DNA of 64,000 nucleotides, from contig CAWCNY010000003.1 of assembly GCA_963797095.1 (NCBI GenBank), positions 256,001 to 320,000 of the forward strand. The letters are read 5' to 3'. The notes under the pieces were generated by a model. That model saw only the letters and a list, made by a program, of their open reading frames with translations. It was not told the origin of the DNA and searched no databases. This document shows, piece after piece, positions 20,711-32,070 of this stretch. How positions within the stretch are numbered: position 1 is the stretch's first letter; each line of letters begins with the position of its first letter. This DNA is from an uncultured Chloroflexia bacterium (GTDB taxonomy: Bacteria > Chloroflexota > Chloroflexia > QHBQ01 > JADMIH01). Position numbers and translations under genes: made by a program.

Positions 20711-20787
20711 GGTGCAGCTTCGCAGGCGTGCAATCTGGTTCTAAAAAGCCCCTCCCCAAGATTTGGGGAGGGTTGGGGTGGGGTCTT
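20711..20787. repeat. REP-like composite (ggtgcagcttcgcagg + gcccctcccc...ggggagggg)
   Basis: Matches 63701-63822. The second half also occurs at 30051 and 35173. Confidence 0.7.
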
Positions 20788-20854
20788 TGGGCGTTCCCAA
20801 TCCATATTGCTCATGAATCTGATGTTCGGATGTCTCACATTGGCACTTTCTTCT

Positions 20855-23717
<2,863 letters not shown>

Positions 23718-23725
<8 letters not shown>

Positions 23726-24881
23726 GGGCTACCTCTGTGGAAAGGGCTGCCGCCCTGTTTGGGTCCGCCCTATTGGAGGCAACCTGGGCAAGGAAGCGGT
23801 CAAATAGCCCATACGAATCTGTGGGGCCGGGGCTGGCCTCAGGGTGCCACTGTACGCCCCACACCGGCAGCGACATATGTGCCAACCCTTCCACGGTATC
23901 ATCGTTCAAGTTGACATGGGTAACGCGGTGGTCGGCAGGCAATGAGGACGCGTCCACCACATATCCGTGGTTCTGGGTGGTGAGGTAGAGGCGGCCCGTG
24001 TCGCGCTCAAGCACAGGTTGGTTGGCTCCCCTGTGCCCAAAGCGCATCTTGTGGGTGCTCCCTCCCGCGGCCAGCGCCAGCAGTTGGTGTCCCAGGCAGA
24101 TACCGAAGATCGGCACCCCGCTGCCCTCGACAAGGTCCTTCACGGTGTCGATAGCGTAATCCAACCTGGCGGGGTCGCCCGGCCCGTTCGCGAGAAATAT
24201 CCCATCGGGCTGAAGCCCCGATATCTCATCCGCGCTCATATGCGCCGGCACCACCCACACGCCCGCGCCGCGCTCCAGCAGGCGGTCCAACATACTCTGT
24301 TTCGCCCCGTAATCCAGCAATGCGATGCGTGGTCCTTCCGGCGTAGCGGGTGGGTGCCAGGCAAGCTCGGTAGCGGAGCATTCAGACACGAAATCGATCG
24401 AGTCGTAGTCCAGGCTGCGGGCCATCGAAAGGAGCAATTCCTCCGAAGGCAGTTCTGCCTCCAGGCAAACGGCCAGGGCCACCGGAAGCACCCCATGCGT
24501 GCGCACCTTCCGCACAAGAGAGCGCGTGTCTACCCCCGACATAGCAGGTATACCCTGCGAGCGCAATAGCGTATCCAGGTCATCGTTGCTGTCGCGGTGC
24601 CCACCGCTTGGCATTAGATCGCGCACGATCGCCGCCTGTACGTGAATGCGCGCGCTTTGGTCGGCGGTTGGCCCGGCGCCGTAATTGCCCACCAGCGGAT
24701 ATGTGAAAATCAGAATTTGCCCTGCGTAAGAGGGGTCGGTCAACGCCTCCTGGTAGCCGGTCATGCCGGTTTGGAAGACCAGCTCGCCTGTTACCAGCCC
24801 TGGCGCTCCCGCTCCCCGGCCACGTACCACGGTGCCATCGGCGGCCACCAGCAGAGCCTCCAGCCTTTCACCCGGCATCAT
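23718..24881 (-). CDS. carA: Carbamoyl-phosphate synthase small subunit
   Basis: TGMTGYQEALTDPSY, NGPGDP, GICLGHQ, QWHPEASPGP. Confidence 0.95.
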
Positions 24882-25072
24882 GGCACCTCCATCCAGCCTG
24901 GGGCAACTCATCCGCGGGCCATCTGATCCCTTTGTATATGTACATCAGCTTGTTATCTCTATATGAATCGGACACTGTAGCATCGGCGGCTGCAATGTCC
25001 CTAAACGGTTATAGTATGCAACAGATGAAGATTGCGAATCGCTAAATCCACCAAAATGATTAAGACAAATAG

Positions 25073-25963
25073 TCATTCCCTTCCACTTACGACCAGGGTA
25101 CCCACCCTGCCCGTCGATTCTCCTTGTAAGCTCTCAATAAGCAGTGGCCTCTCCACCGTGCCATCTATCAACTGGACCGAGCGCACACCGGCCTCCAGGG
25201 CCTCTATGCAGTTGCGAACTTTCGGGAGCATCCCCCCCGATATTGCCCCCGACTGCACCAGCGCTTCCAGGTCTGCGGCGGTGCACACCGGCAAACGCGT
25301 CGCAGGATCGGCGGGGTCGCGCAGGATACCCGGCACGTTGGTCAGCATCATCAGCCTGCCCACGCCCAGGGCACAAGCCAAAGTTTGAGCTACCGTATCG
25401 GCATTGACATTGTACACGTTTCCCTCGGTATCGGCAGCCAGAGAGGCAACTGCCGGCGTATACCCCTTCTCAAGCAGTAGAGCTAGCAGGGATATGTCTG
25501 CCGAAATTACGTCGCCAACATGACCAAAATCGACCCATTCCTCCTCCATAAACACGGGCGGGCGGCGGGTAACTCTTACCAGACCGCCATCCACGCCCGA
25601 CAAACCAACCCCGCGAGCGCCATGCTTCCGCAGAGCAGCCAGCAGGTCCACGTTGATCGAGCCTCCGTACACCATCTTGGCTACCTCAAGCGCATCATCG
25701 TCGGTCACCCGCCTCCCCGCCACCTTCCTGACGGTATGCTTCAGCTTCGCAGCCAGAGCATCCGCCTGAGGCCCGCCCCCGTGCACCAGCACCACACCCA
25801 CTCCATTCGCAGACAAAATAGCGATCTGCGACGCAAGCGAGTCGAGCGTGCGGGGGTTCAGCACCACCTCACCACCCACCTTAACCAGCAAGCGCTCCCC
25901 CCTCCAGGCGTTCAGCACGTCCCGGGGCAGGCTTGCAGGATCAGCGTTGGCGGAAAGGGTCAT
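25073..25963 (-). CDS. argB: Acetylglutamate kinase
   Basis: VKVGG, VHGGGPQ, GRRVTD, NVNAD, GGMLPK. Confidence 0.92.
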   Translation of the reverse strand: MTLSANADPASLPRDVLNAWRGERLLVKVGGEVVLNPRTLDSLASQIAILSANGVGVVLVHGGGPQADALAAKLKHTVRKVAGRRVTDDDALEVAKMVYGGSINVDLLAALRKHGARGVGLSGVDGGLVRVTRRPPVFMEEEWVDFGHVGDVISADISLLALLLEKGYTPAVASLAADTEGNVYNVNADTVAQTLACALGVGRLMMLTNVPGILRDPADPATRLPVCTAADLEALVQSGAISGGMLPKVRNCIEALEAGVRSVQLIDGTVERPLLIESLQGESTGRVGTLVVSGRE

Positions 25964-27165
25964 ACCTGCGCAGGCTCCTTGATACTCGTAAGCACACCTT
26001 CAAGCACCGAAACCAGGTGCTCGATATCCTCAGTAGTCACTACCATAGGCGGCATGAGCCGCAACACATTCGGGTCCGCCGAAGTGCCCAATATGATCCC
26101 CCGCTCAAGCATAGCCATCTGCACGGCCTTGGCCGGCACATCCAGGTTGAGTCCCAGCAGCAGGCCCATCCCCCGCACCTCCCGTACATGGGGCAGTTTC
26201 GCCACCCCAGATTTGATCATGCCGCCCATAGCTGCCGCATGAGAGCATAAGTCCTCTTCCAGGATAATCTCAAGCGTGGCAAGCGCAGCAGCACACACCA
26301 GCGGCCCGCCCCCGAAAGTCGAGCCATGCTCGTCCTGCTTCACGGTCTCGGCCACGCGAGTGGAGATCAGGGTCGCACCCATAGGCACGCCGCTTGCGAT
26401 CCCTTTGGCGAGAGTGATGATGTCGGGCACCACGTCCCACTGCTCGCCACACCACAGCTTCCCCGTGCGCCCAAGCCCCGTCTGGATCTCGTCAAAAATC
26501 AGCAGCGCTCCCCGCTTGTCGCACAACTCGCGTAGCCCTCGGTAATACGCAGCCTCCGCCACGCGCACCCCCGCGATACTCTGCACCGGCTCCAGGATCA
26601 CCGCAGCCACATCGTCACCCAATGTCGCCTCGATTGCCCCCAGGTCGCCAAACGCAACGAACTCTACATCCGGCACCAGTGGCTCAAATCCCTGCCTGTA
26701 CTTGGGATAATCGGTCATCGAGAGCGCGCCCATCGTCCGCCCATGAAACGCCCCCTGCAAGGCCAGTATGCGCGGCCGCCCGGTGAACTTACGCGCCAAT
26801 TTTAGGGCCGTCTCGTTGGCCTCCGCCCCCGAATTGCAGAAGAACACCTGCCCATAACCCTCCGGCGCAGCCGAGACAAGCGCCAGGGCATAAGTGGCGC
26901 GCACGTCGTTGTATACGATATTGGAATAAAAGATCAGGCGTGAGGCCTGCTCTTGTATGGCCCGCACCACGCGTGGGTGGCAATGGCCCAGCATCGTCAC
27001 CGCGTGCCCGCAATAAAAGTCGTAGTAAGCGCGACCATCGGCGTCGTAAAGCATTATCCCTTCACCGCGCACCGCCACAATCGGAAGCTTGGCGTACGTG
27101 CCAAGCTGTGATCCCGTTTCCTCTTCGATTACAGATGCGCGCTCTATATCTGTCGTAACTGTCAT
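25960..27165 (-). CDS. argD: Acetylornithine aminotransferase
   Basis: NSGAEANE, FHGRT, DEIQTGLGRTG, AKGIASG, HGSTFGG. Confidence 0.88.
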   Translation of the reverse strand: MTVTTDIERASVIEEETGSQLGTYAKLPIVAVRGEGIMLYDADGRAYYDFYCGHAVTMLGHCHPRVVRAIQEQASRLIFYSNIVYNDVRATYALALVSAAPEGYGQVFFCNSGAEANETALKLARKFTGRPRILALQGAFHGRTMGALSMTDYPKYRQGFEPLVPDVEFVAFGDLGAIEATLGDDVAAVILEPVQSIAGVRVAEAAYYRGLRELCDKRGALLIFDEIQTGLGRTGKLWCGEQWDVVPDIITLAKGIASGVPMGATLISTRVAETVKQDEHGSTFGGGPLVCAAALATLEIILEEDLCSHAAAMGGMIKSGVAKLPHVREVRGMGLLLGLNLDVPAKAVQMAMLERGIILGTSADPNVLRLMPPMVVTTEDIEHLVSVLEGVLTSIKEPAQV

Positions 27166-27226
27166 GCTAACTCCTTGCAAGCAGTTGACGCTTGCAGCTT
27201 TCATGCTAACTATCTTTCCCTTTAAT

Positions 27227-28333
27227 CTAAGGTAACGTGCCCGGAAACTCCAACCCCAGGTGCTCAGGCCAGCCAAACGCTACATTGAGGTTCTGCACGG
27301 CCTGGCCCGCGCCCCCCTTCACCAGGTTATCTATGGCACTCGTGACAATAATCGCACCTTCGCCATCGGTAGCGGCATTCAGGTCGCAGAAGTTGGAGTG
27401 CGACACCACCGCCACTCGCGGCGTATCGACCAATCTCACGAAATACTCCTGCCCGTACGCTTCCTCGTAGATACTCTGCAATTCTGCGTTGCTCACCTGC
27501 CTCCTCGGAAAAGCGTAAGCGGTGGTAAAGATCCCCCTAACCATCGGCGCGGAATGAGGCGTGAACACCACTCGCAAATGATCATTCTCTGTTGATAGCC
27601 ACTTGTTCAACTCCTGCGCTATCTCAGGGCGGTGTCTGTGCTTGAACAGGCCATAAGCGCGAAAGTCGGCGGCGCGGGTGGGGTGGTGCGTCCCCTCCCC
27701 CGGTTCCTTCCCCGATCCCGACGACCCCGTCTTAGAGTCTATCACAACAGACCCGTCGAGCAAACCCGCCCGCGCCAGCGGCGTCAGCGCCAGCAGCGCC
27801 CCCGTCGGGAAGCACCCCGGACAGGCCACCAGCCGCGCCTCCTTAACAGCGTCCCGGTTCCACTCCGTAAGCCCGTAAGCCGCACGAGCGGCCCATTCAG
27901 GCGCGGTGTGCTCCAGGCGATAATACTCCTGAAACGTCCCAGGGTCCATGATCCGAAAATCGCCGCTCATATCGAACACCACCGGCCCCTCCCCACGAGG
28001 GCCGCTCTTACCCCCTACCGCCAGTATTCCCGGCACGCGCTTGATAGCCTGCCCGTGCGGCAGCGCCAGGAACACGGCGGCGTACTCGCTAGCTTCCTCG
28101 TCCGAGATCGAAGCCACAAACTCCAGGTCCGTGAGCCTCGCGAGATGCGGGTGCACTGAACTCACCTTCCGCCCTGCATTGGACCCCGACGTGACGGCAG
28201 CCACCTGCACACTTGGGTGCCCCAGCAAGAGCCGCAACGCCTCGCCCCCGATGTACCCCGATGCGCCCAGGATCGCCACCCGAACAGGTGCCGGCCGGGA
28301 ACTCTGAGGCATAGGGGTATCAGCCACGCTCAC
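27227..28333 (-). CDS. argC: N-acetyl-gamma-glutamyl-phosphate reductase
   Basis: GASGYIG, LALPHG, PGCFPTG, HRHRPEI, IDNLVKGGAGQAVQN. The GTG start overlaps the upstream stop (GTGA). Confidence 0.93.
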   Translation of the reverse strand: MSVADTPMPQSSRPAPVRVAILGASGYIGGEALRLLLGHPSVQVAAVTSGSNAGRKVSSVHPHLARLTDLEFVASISDEEASEYAAVFLALPHGQAIKRVPGILAVGGKSGPRGEGPVVFDMSGDFRIMDPGTFQEYYRLEHTAPEWAARAAYGLTEWNRDAVKEARLVACPGCFPTGALLALTPLARAGLLDGSVVIDSKTGSSGSGKEPGEGTHHPTRAADFRAYGLFKHRHRPEIAQELNKWLSTENDHLRVVFTPHSAPMVRGIFTTAYAFPRRQVSNAELQSIYEEAYGQEYFVRLVDTPRVAVVSHSNFCDLNAATDGEGAIIVTSAIDNLVKGGAGQAVQNLNVAFGWPEHLGLEFPGTLP

Positions 28334-29397
28334 GACGCCACGACCTCCCTCGGCGCGACCTCCGGCAACAGCTGCCTGCCGCAAATCTTGTGCTCAACGA
28401 TATCCGCCAGCGCATCAGGGTGCCAGCGCCCGTTGACCGCCGCCCTGCCAAAACGCTGCTGAATATAGTCTACTCCTGCGCTGTTGTCGGTGGCTGGCCC
28501 CGAAATGCAATCCACCTGCAAACCGAACTGCCCCAGGAAAAGCAGACCACCCCAGGCCGCCACCAGGTCGTTAGCGCACAGCACGTGCGCCTTCACGTGC
28601 CCCATCAACTCGCCATCCTGAAGCAGCAGATCAACCCCGTAGTGCCCCATGATCCCATCCCCAAACTCCACAATAATGGCGTCAGGGTTGCTTTCGTTGA
28701 GGGCCGCAATTATGCCCTTCGCCGCTGGCACCAGGCAATCGTCGGTGTGTGTAGTCGAAGGCAGACCCGCATCGCTGAACGATAACGCATGTACCGCTCC
28801 TCTCGCCCGCATATTGAGCAGGTCGCGCTGAGTTGCTACCCCGGCCAGCTTGGCCGCCGCCACTCGGTAGCCCTTATCCCCTAAGATCCTGATGATCTCG
28901 CAGGCCGCAGTGGTCTTGCCTGCGTTCATACAGGTGCCGGAAACGAGGATAATAGGCGCGGAGCGAGAAAGGTGGCTCCGCCAGGGGAGCGCATAGTGGG
29001 CGATATTTGCGGGCTTGCCATCGACCACCGCCGCGCCAAGCACTCGCACAGGCAAAGGCAAACCGAAATCGGTGTTTATCGAGGAGCAAAGCCCTACCAC
29101 CCCACCCATATTGAGGATATGTAACACGTCGCCCTCGGAGACGCGGTCAGGGATCGCGCCGACGTATCCTTTCAGTGCCTGACGCTCCCCCAGTACCCCC
29201 GCGATTCGGTCGCCCTTGACAATCGGGGCCATTACCCCGCCAACCGTCTCAAGCTCTCCGTAGACATCTTTCTCTTCCAGGGCTTCGACTATCACTACCA
29301 TGCCCCGTTCGGCAGGAATCGTGCGGGTGATCTCAACCTCGCGAGGTAGCCCTACCCTCGTGGCGACCGAGGCGATCTTATCCAGCGTAATGCGCAT
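28330..29397 (-). CDS. DUF1611/DgcN-like P-loop protein, first gene of the arg operon
   Basis: GTCMNAGKTT P-loop, AAAKLAG, DAGLPST, IVEFGDG. Strong SD AGGAGG. Coupled to argC. Confidence 0.7.
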   Translation of the reverse strand: MRITLDKIASVATRVGLPREVEITRTIPAERGMVVIVEALEEKDVYGELETVGGVMAPIVKGDRIAGVLGERQALKGYVGAIPDRVSEGDVLHILNMGGVVGLCSSINTDFGLPLPVRVLGAAVVDGKPANIAHYALPWRSHLSRSAPIILVSGTCMNAGKTTAACEIIRILGDKGYRVAAAKLAGVATQRDLLNMRARGAVHALSFSDAGLPSTTHTDDCLVPAAKGIIAALNESNPDAIIVEFGDGIMGHYGVDLLLQDGELMGHVKAHVLCANDLVAAWGGLLFLGQFGLQVDCISGPATDNSAGVDYIQQRFGRAAVNGRWHPDALADIVEHKICGRQLLPEVAPREVVAS

Positions 29398-29577
29398 ATC
29401 TCCTCCTTCTCCCGCAACTCACATCGGCAAAAACCGGAGTGCGGTAGACGGCTCTGATGCCTATTGCGCGCAACGCTGGACGCAGGAAGGACGACGCTGT
29501 CATCGAGTGCCGGATTGAACCGGCGGTTTTCCCAGGGCTGGGGAACCTTGCTTACTTTCTCATACCAGGGTAAGGCA

Positions 29578-29850
29578 TACAAAAGCTCCCGCCCCCTGCA
29601 AGGGACGAGAGCCACATTACTCCCGCGGTGCCACCCTCATTGTCACATCAATCTTCTGTGACCGCTCATCGGTTGTTTGCTACGTGGTAACCATCCACCC
29701 CTCCTACTTGCACGCACCGGGGCGCGTACTTTCTTCGGCGGGCCGCTCTGTGGCGGGTTCCTTGCCGCAGGTACTTCGGGCTTCCACTCCCCCCGATTCG
29801 CTGAGCGTCCTTACAGCAATTACTATTCCACATCATCGCGGGCGTGCGGC
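29578..29850 (-). ncRNA. T-box riboswitch, probable Arg (CGC) specifier, with intrinsic terminator
   Basis: Minus strand shows GCGATGA...AGTA...CAGCGAATCGGGG..GGAAGCCCGA (stem I), GAACC-CGC-C (specifier), AATGAGGGTGGCACCGCGGG...CTCGTCCC (T-box antiterminator), and a CTCGTCCCTTGCAGGGGGCGGGAGCTTTT terminator. Confidence 0.9.
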
Positions 29851-29880
29851 CAAAATGCCGCTATTCGCTTGTTGGGGAGT

Positions 29881-29909
29881 AGTTTACCACACGCCCCCAC
29901 ACGTGTCAA
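29881..29909 (-). promoter_or_regulatory. Sigma70 promoter of the T-box/arg operon
   Basis: TTGACA-17 bp-TAAACT with extended -10 TG. Confidence 0.8.
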
Positions 29910-29997
29910 GCACCGATTCGGCATTCAGCGTGATTGTTTACACGACGAACTGGGGTATCCCGCGTTCTAGATTCAAGTTCGCTAACATACAACCTTT

Positions 29998-30091
29998 CTC
30001 TAAATAGCCAAAAATGGCGGCGACGCCGCCATTTTTGGCTATTTAGAAGTGCCCCTCCCCAAAATTTCGGGAGGGGTTGGGGTGGGGTCTT
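29998..30091. repeat. Bipartite hairpin element: ~50-bp perfect inverted repeat plus gcccctcccc hairpin
   Basis: tctaaatagccaaaaatggcggcg-a-cgccgccatttttggctatttaga followed by gcccctccccaaaatttcgggaggggttggggtggggtct. Confidence 0.8.
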
Positions 30092-30129
30092 CGCGCTCTC
30101 AATCTCTGACAGGATTATTAGCCATCCGC

Positions 30130-30158
30130 TTGCCACTTTCCCCCTGATAGGATATAAT
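30130..30158 (+). promoter_or_regulatory. Sigma70 promoter of the cysteine operon
   Basis: TTGCCA-17 bp-TATAAT. Confidence 0.8.
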
Positions 30159-30206
30159 GGTAAGACTTGCACCGATCCCTCTAATTCAACAAGCAAGTCA
30201 AGCAAA

Positions 30207-30386
30207 ATGCAAAATCCGGACCGAAGAATTGTAGAGTTGCTAGCGGCGAGCACCAGCAAAGATTGTGGCTGTTGCTGCCGCTTCACCATGGCACGCGCAC
30301 CTCGGGGCGCTGCCCACTCCGACCGGTCCGATCCCTCGTTGTCTTGTCATAATCCGGTGGCGATGAAGCTACCTGATGGTGCGTAG
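30207..30386 (+). CDS. Putative Cys-rich leader peptide (59 aa)
   Basis: MQNPDRRIVELLAASTSKDCGCCCRFTMARAPRGAAHSDRSDPSLSCHNPVAMKLPDGA lies between the promoter and a terminator ahead of the cysteine synthase gene. No clear SD. Confidence 0.5.
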   Translation: MQNPDRRIVELLAASTSKDCGCCCRFTMARAPRGAAHSDRSDPSLSCHNPVAMKLPDGA

Positions 30387-30410
30387 AGGCACAGCAATAC
30401 CTGAACCAGG

Positions 30411-30445
30411 AAAGGGCCGACCGGCATGGTTGGTCTTTTTTGTTT
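30411..30445 (+). terminator. Intrinsic terminator (attenuator) in the leader
   Basis: aaagggccgacc-ggcat-ggttggtcttt followed by tttgttt, just before the SD of 30467. Confidence 0.7.
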
Positions 30446-30466
30446 CCCTCTCAGGAGGCAGGTTTG

Positions 30467-31498
30467 ATGCATCAGGCACACGCCACAATACCAGGCATCC
30501 CCTCACTCTATCGCGAGCGTAGGGCCGATGTAACAGAATACATAGGCAACACCCCTCTCCTCAGGCTGGCCCACATCGAGCAACAGTACGGCCTACCCGC
30601 AGGCGTAGAACTCCATGCCAAGGCAGAGTTCTTCAACCCCGGCGGCTCCGTAAAAGACCGCGCGGCCCTCTACATGATCCGCGACGGCGAGCAGCGCGGC
30701 CTCCTCTCCCCAGGCAAAACCATTCTCGACGCCAGTTCGGGCAACACAGGCATAGCCTACGCCATGATCGGCGCTTCCCTCGGCTACAAAGTCGAGATCT
30801 GCCTCCCCGAATTTGCCAGCCCTGAGCGTAAGCGCCTGCTCAAGCTCTACGGAGCCAACATCATCTACACCCCCGCTGCCGACGGCACCGACGGCGCGAT
30901 CCTCGAAGCCCGACGCCGCCACAACGAACATCCCGATCTCTACTTCTATCCCGACCAGTACAACAACCCCGCCAACTGGTGGGCCCACTACTACGGTACC
31001 GGACCCGAGGTATGGCAGCAAACCCAGGGCAAGATCACCCACTTCGTAGCTGTGGTCGGCACCTCTGGCACCTTCACAGGCACCTCCCGCCGCCTCAAAT
31101 CCTACAACTCGCAAATCGAAATAGCCGAAGTCCAACCCGAATCCGCCTTCCACGGCCTCGAAGGCGTGAAGCACATGCCAACCGCCATAGTGCCCGGCAT
31201 CTACGACCCCAACCTCGCCGACCGCCACCTCACCGTCAGCACCGAGCAAGCCCAGCAAATGACCCGCGCCCTCGCGCGTCACGAAGGCATCCTGGCAGGT
31301 CCATCGGGCGGCGCGGGCGTGCTGGCCGCCGTCCAGGTGGCCCGTTCCCTCACCAAGGGTGTTGTAGTAACCGTCCTCCCCGACGGAGGCAGCCGCTACC
31401 TCGGCGACGCCTTCTGGGAGGAAGATGAGCGCACTGGAACCAGCAGGTGTAGGGGCGAGGCATGCCTCGCCCCCATTGGGGGCGAATACTCTCCATAA
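30467..31498 (+). CDS. Cysteine synthase, CysM-like (PLP)
   Basis: IGNTPL, NPGGSVKDR, ASSGNTG, DQYNNPAN, GTSGT. The C-terminal tail is extended by a REP palindrome. Confidence 0.9.
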   Translation: MHQAHATIPGIPSLYRERRADVTEYIGNTPLLRLAHIEQQYGLPAGVELHAKAEFFNPGGSVKDRAALYMIRDGEQRGLLSPGKTILDASSGNTGIAYAMIGASLGYKVEICLPEFASPERKRLLKLYGANIIYTPAADGTDGAILEARRRHNEHPDLYFYPDQYNNPANWWAHYYGTGPEVWQQTQGKITHFVAVVGTSGTFTGTSRRLKSYNSQIEIAEVQPESAFHGLEGVKHMPTAIVPGIYDPNLADRHLTVSTEQAQQMTRALARHEGILAGPSGGAGVLAAVQVARSLTKGVVVTVLPDGGSRYLGDAFWEEDERTGTSRCRGEACLAPIGGEYSP

Positions 31499-31550
31499 TC
31501 AACAACAAACTTCTCTTGGGCATGACATGAGGAATCAGGAGGACCAACGA

Positions 31551-31988
31551 ATGAATGTACACATGGAGGAATGTGCCCGCGATTCGATCACGCGGCACGC
31601 CGAATCGGGGTATCCGAACGAGATCTGCGGGATCCTGCTCGGCAAAGAGGTTGACGGCAGGCGTGTGATAATGAACTCCATGCCAATCGAAAACTCCTTC
31701 GAGACCGATGAGCAATACCACCGCTTCCGCATTACCCCCCAGGCTATGCTGGCCGCCGAAAGACTCGCCGGCCGCGACCGCATGGATGTGCTCGGCGTCT
31801 ACCACTCCCACCCCAATTCCCCCGCCCGCCCCTCCGAATACGACCGCGATCACGCCGCCTGGACCGCCTGGACCTACGTTATCATATCCGTCATAGACGG
31901 CAACCCCGCCGACTTGCGCGCCTGGAAGCTCGAAGACGACCGCAGCGCCTTCAGCGAGATAGAACTGGCGGTAGAAGTCGCAAGCTAA
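31551..31988 (+). CDS. JAMM/MPN+ (M67, Mec-like) metallopeptidase
   Basis: PNEICG...YHSHPNSPARPSEYD JAMM motif. SD AGGAGG before ATG 31551. Confidence 0.9.
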   Translation: MNVHMEECARDSITRHAESGYPNEICGILLGKEVDGRRVIMNSMPIENSFETDEQYHRFRITPQAMLAAERLAGRDRMDVLGVYHSHPNSPARPSEYDRDHAAWTAWTYVIISVIDGNPADLRAWKLEDDRSAFSEIELAVEVAS

Positions 31989-32070
31989 ATCACCTCCGTA
32001 GGGTAGCCCCTACGCCCGATCCGCCCCTGCGCAATATCATGCATAATCAACAAATGAGAGGTAACAACAT

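Noticed and set aside
24900-25070. ArgR ARG boxes between argB and carA
   Set aside because: AT-rich, but with no convincing TGnATwwwwATnCA match.
25073-28333. LysW-type lysine pathway (lysZ/lysY/lysJ)
   Set aside because: No lysW or lysX is present. The CGC specifier and carAB linkage point to arginine.
30300-30445. SAM-I riboswitch or Cys T-box ahead of cysteine synthase
   Set aside because: No AUC..GAG/GCAACC core and no GGTGG.ACC.CG T-box motif.
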